Origin: Sphagnum compactum
Lineage: Eukaryota
Direction of reading: 5' to 3'
Length of the DNA stretch: 64,000 bases
Assembly (NCBI GenBank): GCA_965153455.1
Contig: OZ234493.1
Coordinates: forward strand, 30,556,213-30,620,212
Position numbers and translations under genes: made by a program. This document shows, one piece after another, positions 44,552 through 57,336 of this stretch (its first letter is position 1; every line of letters begins with the position of its first letter). Below the pieces are notes generated by a model. The model saw only the letters and a list, made by a program, of their open reading frames with translations. It was not told the origin of the DNA and ran no database searches.

Positions 44552-45864
44552 ATCTAACCATCACCAAAATAGAGTAAAAAATCAATGACAGAAGCAAGCG
44601 GTGAAGACAACCAAAAAAAAAAGCACTTCCCCTCGCTTGAAACCCTCACGCAACATATCGCCACAACCCGGAGCTATCTATCTACTTTTCAAGCCGAAGA
44701 AGCCGAACTAAAAAAGATGAAAGCAAAAGCTCGTACCGCAATGCCGATAAACAAACAAAGCCCCAGAGCCTAAAAACAAAAACTCCCGCCCTATTTCAAA
44801 CCCCGCCCTTCCCCAACTCGCTTCATGCACGATCGTCTTCAAAGCCACGATAATAAAAAAAACAACGTAGAACAACAATCAACAAAACATTGGCTCCGTA
44901 ACTGCCGTCGCCACCACGCTATCATGTTGGCTATCTGAAACCCCTGCCCCAAGACAACATGTACCAGTACCCCAATGAACCACACCTATTTCTCATCGTT
45001 CGCGAACGTACCTATCGCACACAAACAATCTTCATTTTACATAATGTTTTTCTGTACACAAGAAACCGGAGCTCGAATTTTTCGAAATCAACTTCCGCGC
45101 AAGCAGACACTTCACACTTTTGCTGGAATTCTGAGCAAGCAGTGCAACAATCTGCTCTGCTGCTGCTAAGCAGCAGAAGGCATGCCGGAAGCAGATGACT
45201 GTTTGGGGACCGCGTGAAGGGCGCTAAACCCTAATACGCTGTACGTACGTATAGGTATAATACATGTACATAGGCGTTTTATTACAGTTGCACGTATATA
45301 TGTACTTTAATTACGGGTACGTATAAGTCTACTGCATGTACATATGCATTTTATTACACGAATATATTAGTTTTATTATTATTCTACAAGTATGACGTTA
45401 TTTTATTACATGTATAATAATACTGTGATAATGTTATGGTGTGAGATGATTAGGTGTATTTTTTATTAAATGTGTGCAGTTTATACATGTATGTATGTTT
45501 TAATTATAAATACGTATTATTCTATTGCGCGTACATTGATGTTGTATCTTTTTTACTACAAGTATGTATTGTTAGGTACTTAGGTGATATTTTCTACGGT
45601 TGGAATTTGTCAACCTGGAGATTTAAGGCTGGTGTGAGCCAGCCAGCACCTACTACACATGCACCACCCCCGTTTTCCAGTTGGATGAACCCAATTTTGA
45701 AACCCCAATTTACAAAACCTCAATGAGGATAGTAGGGGAACAACAACCCAATGAAAACACATACCGGGTTTTTTTTTAATAATAATTGTCCTACAAGGCA
45801 GGCGGGGTCTTTGCCACCTCTTTAAGACTTTGACAAATAGTCTAAATCTTTTGAAAAACTTAGA

Positions 45865-46091
45865 GGAAAATTTTAAATTCACACCTTTTTTGGTTAAATT
45901 CACACCCTTCCGTGCGTCCGATTTTATGCAGATTAAACTTTAAGAGTATGTCCCTTTATCAGTTCAATTACTTCTGCGGGCAAGTTCTCAAGTTGTGCCC
46001 TGATTGACCACAGACCCCACACTTGCGTCCTTCCACGGGCGAAGAAAGGGTGTGAATTTAACCAAAAAAGGTGTGAATTTAAAAAATTTCC
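45865..46091. mobile_element. MITE (227 bp) with ~45-bp TIRs and 8-bp TSD
   Basis: A 39-bp perfect inverted repeat lies at 45871-45909 / 46046-46084, within GGAAA...TTTCC termini. The direct repeat AACTTAGA flanks it at 45857-45864 and 46092-46099. Confidence 0.92.
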
Positions 46092-48599
46092 AACTTAGAA
46101 GGCAAAAGTTTTTATTTTTCTTTGCAATTTGAAGGTAGCACAGTTACGAGTTTTGAAAGCAGAGTCCAAAACAAAATTTCAAAGAGGTGATTGTCATGGT
46201 TGTCATTAAAACTTTTACTAAAACTACAATTTTAAACTATTGGTTAACCCCATTGGAGGGTTTTGGTTCTTAGTGATACCCTTTCCTCCTCCTTGTGGCC
46301 CGTCTCTTTTGGGCTGTTTGCTTTTTATCTCTCTCCCTTTCTTGGGTGCTTTCTTTTTATGAAGTTTGGCAGGGTTTCATTGATTGTGACCTCCTTTGCT
46401 ATGGAAAAGATATCGATTCGATTTTTTTAGAGAAACCTTATGCTGTTATTTTTTTCAGCTTGGGTCTGGTCATGGGTATTTGAAAATTAAAAATCACCAG
46501 TTATGAGGTGGGGTAGGTGTTAACTTTCAAAAAATCTCATGTGGTAAGACCCAAGGGGCATATCTGAATATATTTGGCCTGATATCCGATTAATACCTGG
46601 TGCAAAAAAAAATACCCACCACCCGGCACTGGTTAAAACATGCTACATTTTTTTTAGTGTATTTGGATGGCACATTCTAAAGCAAAATTTGACCTTCGGA
46701 AAAGTGTTAGGGTGTTTTCTTTTCGAGAAGGACTCTTCCATCCCACGGAAATATCTTCAGTTTTTGGGAGGTATCTCCCTTTTCTTAGCAGAGATGTTTG
46801 ATTTTTTTATTAATCATGACCCTTGATAAGGATTTCTTTTTTGGGTTTAGGGGGGGGAGTAATTTTTTGTTGTCCCCAATGTATTCCCATCAAGTTTTCA
46901 ATGGTTTTCCATCAAGTTCCCGAGGGGTTCCCATCAAGTGCTAAAAATGTTCCTTAAGATTTTCCAAATGACACCAACTCTTATTTGATATGGTTTGCCC
47001 AACTGACTGTATAAATGGGGAACCTAGTTTCAAAGGACAACACCTCTATGCTTCTATTTTGAGGAATGCCCAATGTTTCAAAAATAAATAAATTGTGATA
47101 AGCAAATGAATCATCGATGTGACTCCTTCAACAACACCACAAATTTTTAAAATAATAATAATAATATTATTATTTTTGGGGTGCACATCCCAATGTGGTA
47201 AATTTTGTTTAAAGAAAATTGAACGAACCTTTTTGAAGGTCTTTTTTTCCACAAAAGTTTTGGAGATTTTTTAAAGATAAATAATTTTCGTGGCCACACA
47301 TCAAACGAAGTAGTCAGCAACACATAAAGAATCAAGGATGTTTGAAATTTTTTATTTCATATCTTTTTTATAAATAAGAAGATGGGTCCATCTTGTTAGG
47401 GATGGCTCATTTGCTTTAAAGTAAAAAAAAAACTGAACAAAACAAAAGCATTTTATCTATCAATCATGCTTGTATAGTGCTTATTTGTTTGTTATAGAAA
47501 TTCAATGGTTTGATGAGATTAAAAATCATTATCTTTGGGCCTCCTTTCATCTTTTATATCCCTTCTTTCAGTGGTATCCACAAAATAAGGAAATTTTATT
47601 AAATTTCAATATGAAATGTTTGAATTTGAGCATTTAATGCGTGAGGTTTGAGAGTAATTATAGTAGATGTATAGGTAGGAGCAATGAAAATACATGTAGT
47701 AGTGATGGAGGTGTTTAGGAAAAACAAAAGACATGATGAAACTTTTACCACAAAAATTGTTGGTTTTTAAAGTTTCAGCCTTGTTTAATGCTAATGTATT
47801 TTTGTCCATGTATTTTTTGAATTCCACCCTACGTATGACCAAATTCAAGGTTTTGGTGCTATGTTTTCCTTATTTTACGAATAATTATAATATATGTTAG
47901 AACTTACAATGTTCCATTATTTCACATGATTTTGTTTGAAATTATAATAAAATACACACCTTTTACACCATGAATTATTATTATTATTATTTGTTGTGGC
48001 CAATGTTTTTTTTTTCAAATGTTTTATGTAGGAATAATTGGCAAACATCCTAAAATATATAACATTTATTGACCACAATTTTTAAAAAATTGCTCAAAGT
48101 TTTTTCCAAACAATAGCAAAGTGCTAAAAGACTTGTAGGGGCAATTAAAAAATTGGTGACATTTATTCAAGAACTAAATTTCCCCTTTTATTTTTTGACC
48201 TTTTAAAAAAGAAAACATTTGGGAGGTATTCCATTATTGATTTGTTTTCATGGTGCAATAATTCACCAATTAAATGTGTGTGAACATTAGTTGTGGCATT
48301 AAGTATGTTGTCCATAGTTGTACATGCAAATCAATGATGAAACCATGTTTATCATCAATAAAACAAAACACCAAACAAAGGGGAGGGAAAATGCACAAGA
48401 TGAAAGGACTCAAGTTTTTAAAAATAAAGAATCTTTAAAAAATATGGATCGCAAGGAGAGCATGAACAAATCACGTACCCAAACCCCTTAAACCCCTTAA
48501 ATCACAATAAGCATATCATATAAAGATAAGGGAGGAACATTTGAAAAAATGTTTAAATAAAAAACCTTCAGTTAGAATAACGACATGCTTAAAATAAAA

Positions 48600-49110
48600 G
48601 CCTTATGTTTGTTGCAACGTCATCAACACTTTTTGTTTGTAAAATGAACACAAAATCAAAAGAGAAGGGCTTCCAGTGCTCTTCACTTTCCACACCATGT
48701 TAACACATCGATTAAAAAAATCATCGACCCATTGATTAAACATTTAAACACCTTTATGGCTAGAATGAAAAACATGTTTACTAGGTATTGATTGCAATAA
48801 AGGCCATATTTAACTTGAGTTGTGACTTGTTGCAACAACCCCACACTATAAAGCTACTTGTGAAACCAAATTTAACGAATGAGGTCAGCAATGATGACAT
48901 CAACCAACATTCACACACCATCCACTGAAATTACAATGTGGATTCATTGATAAAAAATTGAAAAGTAAGTAGTGGAAGTATATGGGTTTCCTCACATAAC
49001 ACGTTAAAATATCACATTCCTTGCAATAGATGCAAAAACATTTTACACAACATCATGGAAACCATTTTTTCCTCACCATGAATGCAATGAAAAAATGAGT
49101 CCATGTAAAG
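48600..49110 (-). mobile_element. Degenerate 3' fragment of a non-LTR retrotransposon with a restriction-like endonuclease
   Basis: The broken minus-strand reading is HFFHCIHGEEK..HDVV*NVFASIARN..VLCEETHILP...IHIVISVDGV*MLVDVIIAD...KYGLY...FFILAIKVFKCL. This fits the H..C......H zinc-knuckle end plus the RxD...DV...K...Y...P.a.E.fG layout of REL-endonuclease retroelements. It has many stops and frameshifts. Confidence 0.6.
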
Positions 49111-49632
49111 TCTAAAGACTGAACACAAATTTAATGTGAAAAACCAAAGGCTAAAAAATGAAAAAATCACAAATCAAACGACTAAAAAAATAAAATCAAA
49201 TAAATATATTTAAAAAGACAAGAAAGGCCTACAATGATCTTGATACAAATCACATTACTATGTCTAAAATACAGTGTTGACTAATATGCTAAATTTAAAG
49301 TTGTGAATTTAGTTTGCCACAAAATGCCAAAACCATATACATGCCAATTTCAAATTGCACACCTACACACAAAACCATTTATTTCATTGAACTAGTCAAT
49401 TTCCATCCATTGCACAAACACCATCGTTGACAAATATAAAGAAAGAGCTTAACAAGGGATTGCACTAACACTCATTTCATTTACCAACCAAAGCAAAGGT
49501 TACATACAAATCGATATTTCAGGATTTCAATCTTTGATCTTTGAATGCAAACCCATGAAGACCTTGGAAAAAGATCCTTTTCAGTGTTAATGGCTTCAAG
49601 TCCCTACTAGAACTAATATCCTTCTTATTTGA

Positions 49633-49705
49633 TGATCTCCGTGACAAAGATCCACCATAATTGTATGCGACATACAATCACGATGGATTTTTGTCACGGA
49701 GATCA
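49633..49705. repeat. Near-perfect hairpin (35-bp arms, 3-nt loop)
   Basis: TGATCTCCGTGACAAAGATCCACCATAATTGTATG-cga-CATACAATCACGATGGATTTTTGTCACGGAGATCA, with 31/35 positions Watson-Crick complementary. Confidence 0.9.
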
Positions 49706-49708
49706 ATA

Positions 49709-50143
49709 CATGGGAAGTATCTATGTGCTATCCACTGCAATTGTCATGTAGGATCAATACAATTGCCCATACATATCACTTAATCCAAATTTAGTTTGTG
49801 CAACCAATGATATCACAAAGCACTCAAAGAAATTTCCTAGTACAAATGGAGGGCACCTTGTACCCATGAATATCCCTCCTAGAAAAGAGGAGGGAGGGAT
49901 CTTACATATACCCCCTTAAAGAACAGAAACATGGCATACCTTCATCCCAATCTTAAGGAGTAGACATAAGAATCCTCCCCCTCCTACACCTTGTGATCCA
50001 CATATGTTTAGGTCCATGATAACATTCGCCTTGTGCTTTATGATGGACATCTCATAGGTGAGGGATATTGTAATGCCCTCTTATCCCTAGGACCAAATGA
50101 TAGCACCAAGGTTCCTCAAACTAGCACATAGATATTTCCCCTG
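49709..50143. mobile_element. Probable TIR element remnant (~435 bp)
   Basis: CATGGGAAGTATCTATGTGCTA (49709-49730) versus the reverse complement of 50122-50143, CAGGGGAAATATCTATGTGCTA (20/22). No TSD is visible. Confidence 0.55.
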
Positions 50144-50596
50144 CCAAAAACTTGAACTATTCCAACTCCTACAGTTACAAGCTCAATTCTACACTAATTC
50201 TACACTATGACCCCAGAAAGAACGCTCAAAATCCAACTACTTTTCGGATATATTTCATCTTTGCTTCTTTGTTGCATCTCACTCTGTAGTTGTTTCAAAT
50301 ATTCTATCCCCCTCTTACAGATGCAATCCTCCTGCAACAGATCGGTCCAAAGTTCTGTTACATGTGCCTGGCTAGACAAAATATTCTACCTCCCATTTTT
50401 GAGAATTCCAGATGCCATTGAACAAAAGCCTGAATCTGAATCCCTTAGATTCAATTCCTGCTTTCTGAACCGATATGCTACATGCTGACTACTAGGTTGA
50501 AACAAATGGATGAAAAAATGCAGTGCCCAAACATCACAGCACCACACAAAGCCCTAGTAGCAAATGGTCCCCCTTAAATACAGCATCGGTATGAAA

Positions 50597-53500
50597 CTAA
50601 TCAGAATCAGAGCCATCATTAACTGTAGAACGCACACTCCTTGCTACTTTTTCCTCACCATCCTCATCTGTAGCTTTTTTCGCAATGATGAGTCCTGCAA
50701 ACAACAGCAAGGAAAACACTTCAAACAGCCCAGAACATTACACCTCACTGCTACATTTAGGGAATTCATTGCCTACCTTTTTCAGGAGCAAAATTAACAT
50801 ACCTATCAAAGCGTTCTGTGACGTTCACTGTCAATTGCCCTAAGTGCCCACATGCTCTTACAAAATTTTGCTTACATCCATAGTTTAAACTAAAATACCC
50901 AAAAGTCTTACTATATAAAGATCAAGATGCTTGCATGCTGATCTATCATGGAGTGCAAAGTGGCATGTTTCCGCGTGCACGACTAAAACGAGATTTGATC
51001 ATATGTAACTTGCTGTTCCCATATCAAAGTAGTCCATTTGGTTGCATTGGGTTCTAAACATAATTCTCTACTTGCTTACAAAATTTCTGGCCAAGTAAAG
51101 AAATTGCAGGGAATTTAGCATAAGCTTGAAGGCGAAGGTGCTGTGAAAAGGATAAGGTTTGATTGCAATGATGAGGACTCTCATCTTGCAGATCATTTTG
51201 GCAGTGAAAACCTTGCAGGATGTGGGATATTGTATGTGGTGGATTTTGCAGCATGTGGGCATTGTGGCAGAAAGAGTGGCTTGAATTTTCTGCAGTCTGT
51301 CTCTAGGTTGAAGTCAACAAGAGAGTGTACGGGTTCAACTGTTATTGGGCATTTGTCCCTACATCTCAATATAACCCTTCTTGGTGGAAATTCACAAATA
51401 ATGAGGACAGACAAGTACCCTTCTTCAGTAATCGTGTCTCCAAGGCACTTGTGGAAAAGTCATCAACTCCTCCTAGTTCGTGGAAGCCTACTATCCTGTC
51501 AGTTGCCACACCGTCCCTGCAGTACAATCTACATCCAGTTCATTTCATATTGATAAAGTCTGAAGTAACTAGCTCAAATGCCTGGAACATCCTATATTGC
51601 ACTGCATACGGTAAAACTTCATCTTGGGGCATTCTGATGGTGAACTCTGATGGTGAACTGTAGCTTAGATTAATCTGTACAGCCAGTGTATCCAAATAAT
51701 GACAGCATACACAGGTAATGGAGTAGGCAGGTGGAGCTATATAGTCTGCCATTGTATTCTGGCTGTATAGGAAATGGAGAGCAAGGTAAATGTCTTATGG
51801 TTTCTCAGACTTGGCCAGGATACTCCTAAGTACCTCCCTCCCAGATTTGGGGAAGACAATTTGGTCTCATCAGGGAATGCACTGCAAAGCTTTCATCCGC
51901 TCATCAATAACATTTGACAGTCATTTTAGACTGTTTATTAAAGTCAAATTCTGAGCAACTTTCTAAAACCAAACTCTTGTGTTTCTGTAGTGCACCTGAA
52001 AAGGAGGACACAGGGCAGCACCTTGATTGCCAGCTTTGTAACAAAGAAGGGACAATTCTGCAAAATCAAGAACAATCCACATAATAATGCCTAAGTAACT
52101 GCAGAACATTTTTAGTTGATCTGAAAAGAGGAGAAATATATGTTTCACCAAAATATGTTGGCTTAGGGTTTAAAGTGGAAAATATTGTGTAGCAACAACA
52201 TGAACTGACCTCTGCATCCACACAGATAAACTTGGTTTCAAAATACTTTGGTGCAAGGAGCTTGATGTGCTTGTCCATTATCCTTCACATCAAACATCAA
52301 CACATAACCCACTGACCAAATGTGAAATATCTCTGTTGGATAACCCATTGCAGTTTTATGCTCTCTTCAAAGACAGATGAGGAGGAAGTCTTTCTAAATG
52401 TGGTAATTCTCTTCCCAAGGAAAAGGCACAGCATCAGGCCCTTTTCTATGTTTGACATCAAAGCTAGACTGAGTAGAATGCCCTTAAGGTGATCATTTTC
52501 ATCTTCTTCTTTCATGCAAACTTTTCCATGGCCCTTCAGTTCCAACATATTCAGCAGAACTGAATCTCTTCCAATCACTTCATGGCACATAGAGCATGAC
52601 AGGCAAAAGGTAGTGAAAGGAACTTTGAAGAAACAAAGTGAGTGGGTGAAAGAAGTATGCTCATACTTGCAGCGAAAGAATTCGCGATGAAAGAAGTGAC
52701 ACACCACCATGGGACTCCCTGTAACCTCACTTAAGAAGTCTGCTTCTGTCACCTGCTTTACAATGACTATCATATCAGACTAAAATGAAGCTTATCATAA
52801 CTGTATCTTATGTGACCTCCCACACCACAAGCAACACAATTGTTGCAAGCAAGGGCTAACTGTCAGAGCTGCACCTCTCTATATTCTCCATGGCCTTTCC
52901 TTTGCAGTGCTTGCCTCTTCTCTGCCTCTTTCTGCACTGCCACAAAAGCCAGCTCATCTACAGACAATCATACAGAGGAGTCCATATGTTGACAATATCA
53001 ATAGAATGATTTGAAACTACTGAGGACGCCACATTTAGAGCACAAATAAAGTAAGATCATACCTTGAGAGAGGCAATGCGCTCTGCATGGAGTTTCTCTA
53101 GCTCAGGATCCTGCTTCACTCAATGCACTTTAGTGATAATCCAGAGTTCTCCTTCAGTTTTTTCAATATGTCATGCTTCCTAACAGGCCTAATGACAAAG
53201 GAATGTGCTAAGGGGATTAACCAAGCAAAACAAGCAATAAGAATAAGTATGCAGATTGATGGGAACCAGAAAATGAAGAAGACACATTTTGGATTCTTTG
53301 GATACATTGTGTGTCGTGAACTTAGCAAGGTCAGAGGTACAGAAGGCACCTACATCCATAAGATCATCAAGATCCACAACCTCGTGAGCTCGTCCACTCC
53401 CTTGTGCCTTCTCCTGCTCTAGTAACTCCTACAATCCCAACCCCAAGGATCACAACAGCAGGTGCTACAGCAGCTCACAAACATTCCAACACTCAAAATG

Positions 53501-54118
53501 GTGACAACAAAGTTGCGCAAGCAAACAACATACATTTTGTATACTCAAGAATTCTTTTATCTGGGGCTGTATGGGAGGCCTTTATGAGCAAATAAACTTG
53601 TAATATGCTCATCTAAAGTGTCCCATGGTGCCACTTTGCACCTTTCTCTGTGTCCATGTTTTACTACAGGCACGCCTTCAATGCATCCTGTCAAGAATCA
53701 GGACAAGACAAGCTTTTGCATGGCATCGGTATGTGCAGTCCCGTGGCACTCTAATTCCTCATTTTCATGCGTGTTCTCCCACGAACGAACTTTTAGGGTT
53801 TACTGCCTCCCGTCGGAGCATGGAACACTTTCAGAAACCATCAGAGAAAATGCGAATGGCCAAAAGCTTCTCCTAAGGCCTCCCAGGTACAAAAGTGTCA
53901 ACCGGGATTCCGAGCCTTCTTCATCATTTCCAAGAGTTCGAAGTGCACGGCGACTTCAAAACACGGCTGAGCAATGCCCTAAAAACCAAAAGAAAACAAA
54001 AGCAAAAGGGTTTGATATCGAGGTCTATATATACCTTCTGGTAGTCTTTTGCAGCCGCGTGAAGTGCTGTGCCCATCGCTAAGTCCCCCATCCTTGTCTT
54101 AAACTTCTGAGGATCCAT
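50597..54118 (-). CDS. PLP3: Phosducin-like protein 3 / thioredoxin domain-containing protein 9 homolog, 9 coding exons
   Basis: Exons 54035-54118, 53354-53428, 53063-53110, 52875-52931, 52667-52752, 52210-52282, 51996-52057, 51419-51516, 50597-50694 give MDPQKFK...AAAKDYQKELLEQEKA...DLDDLMDDPELEKLHAERIASLKKEAEKRQALQRKGHGEYREVTEADFLSEVTGSPMVVCHFFHREFFRCKIMDKHIKLLAPKYFETKFICVDAENCPFFVTKLAIKVLPCVLLFRDGVATDRIVGFHELGGVDDFSTSALETRLLKKG...SVRSTVNDGSDSD*. Confidence 0.95.
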
Positions 54119-54305
54119 GGATCCTGTCCGACACCAGAAACTTTACAACAACGACAATGCTACGCTCCTCTCGACAACAAATTTGTGTGCACACAACGCG
54201 CGCGCAGTGGCCGTCTAGTTCGTTTCGCGAATGGCGCTGTGTTCTTGGGAGTGCGCTCTTGCGCCGTCTCTCGTTCCTGCAACGTGCTTTGCTTGTGTGC
54301 GGCAG

Positions 54306-54382
54306 GAAGGCCTTACCAAAAGGCCTGGCAAAGGGCCCTTACCACAGGCGTTAAGAAGGGGCCTTACGGAGGGCCTTACCCA
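54306..54382. repeat. Six-unit ~12-13-bp tandem array (GGCCTTAC core) upstream of PLP3
   Basis: GGC-initiated units at 54309, 54322, 54334, 54347, 54360 and 54372; three are exact GGCCTTAC. Confidence 0.75.
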
Positions 54383-55084
54383 GAGGAAAGTTCAAAGAAT
54401 TTTATTAAGATTTCAGTTTAATTTGATAATTTCAAGAGCATTTCCATGCAAGTATCTCCCCTACTACCTTACACCATCCCTTGCTTATTGGGGTAAAATG
54501 CCAAAGCATGGAGGGGTCACAGGTAACATTGTTGAAGCATGAGTGCATTGATGAAAGGTGTTAGAATGCAAACAATAGGTTTAATTGGTTAGCCTGCTCA
54601 CATGACACAAAAACAGGGTCATCATCAACATCTTCATGTTTGATATCATTGTTGGTTTCTCCCTTTACACTCGCCACTTGTAGTGCTTTGCCACAATATG
54701 AAACTTATTGTGGTTGTGAAAAATGGTGCAGGGTTAGTGCCCATAGAAAGCCCACAAAGTCCAGATAATAGAATACATTCTAGACACCAGAGATTGTCGA
54801 AAAAGTCTAGGAAACACAAAAAGTTCAATGTGTAACACGTTTCACATCATGAATTTTCTTTGCGATTGCAATGCACTTGCAGGAGCTCGCCCACCTGTAG
54901 TAATTCTCCCATCTTTTACAGCTCCACATTTCTCCCCTACGAGTGTGGGGGGATCATCTACCGGATAATTTTTTAGTTTATTTGCTTGATGGGGTAAAAG
55001 AAAATAGTTTTGCATCTTATGTAAAGGAAACAAGGGCTTTAGGGTTTTGCAAAAAAATGTGGTAGGCAAAAAAGAACATGTTAG

Positions 55085-55500
55085 GAGATCATGGACAAAT
55101 GTTAGCTTTTGTGCTTGTTAAATCTTGTGGAGAACAAATATTGGGAATACAATCGCAAGCCATTTAAGAAAAACAACTAAAAAGTATTCACATATGTTGG
55201 GAATGTTAGTTTTTTGAACGATGTGTGACGGAATTGGAAGCAAGTTAGAAATAAGTGGAACAAAATGAAAATCTACAAAACATAAAAGAAGAAACTAAGG
55301 TAATTGGTGCACCTCCATTTGATTGGCCATGGTTCAAACATTTTGACAACATTTTGTCTAATATTGTCAAAATAAATTGCATACCTAATGCCATAGATCA
55401 AGGTGTGGGTGTGATGAATTTTGAAACTAAGGTTGTGAATGTTAGTGATGAAGAGGATGTCCAAACACCTTGGATGCCTAATAGCCCTAAAAAACAAACT
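55085..55500 (+). pseudogene. Degenerate Myb/SANT-like ORF of a PIF/Harbinger transposon
   Basis: ...KEETKVIGAPPFDWPWFKHFDNILSN... with upstream broken Trp-containing segments. It lies next to, and convergent with, a Harbinger transposase remnant. Confidence 0.6.
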
Positions 55501-55579
55501 TTTGTGTTTTGGGTCAAGGTCAATTGTAGTTGGTTGCTTTGCTTGCAGATGTGTTGAAACCAAAGATGGTAACGGTAGT

Positions 55580-56215
55580 AGGAATTCTTTTGCAAGTAAG
55601 TACAAATTGAATAAGTTGCATCACCAATTAATAATGGAATGCATCTCATACCTTGAATAATAATAACTAGTTCTTGGAGAATTTCTTAAAACCTCAATTG
55701 TGCATATAGATTACACTTCTTGAATTGGCCACCATCATGTACCTCTCCAAGTTGGCCAACACAAATGTTCCAAAATATTTTGTTTGCATCATACATAGCT
55801 TGCAACAGAATATTATGAAACTTTTTCCTATTGAAAAAATCATCAGCAAATGTAACTCTTTTCTATGGAAGGTTTGCCAAAGTAATGTGAGTTCCATCTA
55901 TAGCTACACAAATGTTAGATGGACTTATAAGATTTTCAAAATGAGCAATGAAGTCTTGACCATGAGCAATGAAGTGTTGACCTGGAAGAATACTGATGTA
56001 TGTACTAAACAATTTGTCTTTGTCGAACAAACAATGTCAACATACTTTCTAATTGTTAATGCACCCACATTGAATAGATCGGCCATATGTGTAGCATTAA
56101 ATCCATGAGCAAATCAATAAATCATAATAGTCACAATCTTTTTAATCTCTAATTGTGGCCTAACAAGGTTTAAACAACTTGATTGCAAAAAAGGTGTCAA
56201 TTCCAAAACTAGGTT
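55580..56215 (-). mobile_element. PIF/Harbinger (HARBI1/DDE_Tnp_4-type) transposase pseudogene
   Basis: The minus strand reads IMIY*FAHGFNATHMADLFNVGALTIRKYVDIVC ... NICVAIDGTHITLANLP*KRV...FFNRKKFHNILLQAMYDANKIFWNICVGQLGEVHDGGQFK ... LLIGDATY. The diagnostic IDGTHI, NRK..H, G..HD and GD..Y motifs are present, interrupted by stops and frameshifts and truncated. Confidence 0.9.
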
Positions 56216-56900
56216 ATTGAAAGTTTCAAAACTCATTCTATAATGCAACACATTGATTTTTACAAAGTCTCAATGTGTGTATTGTCTAGGTTCTTTCACA
56301 AAAAATGTGATGGATGGCTCCTCCCATTCACATCAGCCAAAAACATTGGAAAAACATTGAATCCTATTATACCCCCATTTAAATTTGAAAGCACATTACA
56401 CACTTTAGATTTAAAGGTTGCACAATTCCCAAATGTAACAAAAAATAACATCCAAATGAGAAATACTTACCCAAGTGAGGTTGGATCCATGAACACAAAT
56501 TTTGGAAACAACAAAAAAATCCTAAAATAATGAAATGCACTATATAGCAGTCCCAAAACAATGCAATTTTCACCCCCCAAAAAAAAAACTTTTACAAATC
56601 AATTTAAGTCCTTTGAAAACATCCTTTATGATCTTGAAAAAGGATTGAAAAAACAAACAGTGACCAGTGCTAAACAAAGCTTGAGAGCTGTGCTAGACCA
56701 CTTGAGCATGTGCCCAGGCTAGGTGTGATGGGAGTTGATGGGGTTACTTGTCCAAGGGATGTAGAAATCTGGAGTGATTGGAACCCTAATTTGAAGATCT
56801 TGTTTTAAGGATTGTGCTACTGTCGATGCAAGTAGGGTTGTGAGGAGTTCACATAGCTTGCTACAGAAAATAGAAAGAGACCAGTAAGACAAGAGGAACG

Positions 56901-56965
56901 CCTCCCATAGTGTTAAGTCACAGTCCAAAGAAACTCCTCCCATAATGTTGTCACAGTCCAAAGAA
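56901..56965. repeat. Two-copy ~35-bp tandem duplication
   Basis: cctcccata.tgtt..gtcacagtccaaagaa occurs twice. Confidence 0.8.
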
Positions 56966-57336
56966 GACATTCTCATCTTTCCACACACTAGAGAGGAGGA
57001 GCATCATTGCTTTGTTGGATATAAAAAGAGCAAAGAAGATAGTTCTTGTGGTCCTCACCAAAGGAGAGTCTTCTGAAATCCCACACTTAATGCTCAGGTG
57101 AGTTTTGAAGCCAGTTCAAATTGCTGGAATTGTAGAGCCCACTAAAGTTACTGAAGTGCCAACTGGAATTCTAGACCCCACCACTGATGCTAAAGTTGGA
57201 AAGGCCTACTAAAGTTAGGGAGGCTTCTAAAGTTTGAGAGCCAAGTAAGGTTGCTAAGAATGCTCATGAAGGAAAAAATAAAAGGTAGTTTGAAGTAAAA
57301 TTTCCTGCATTTGAAGCATCTGCTCCACCCTACAAC

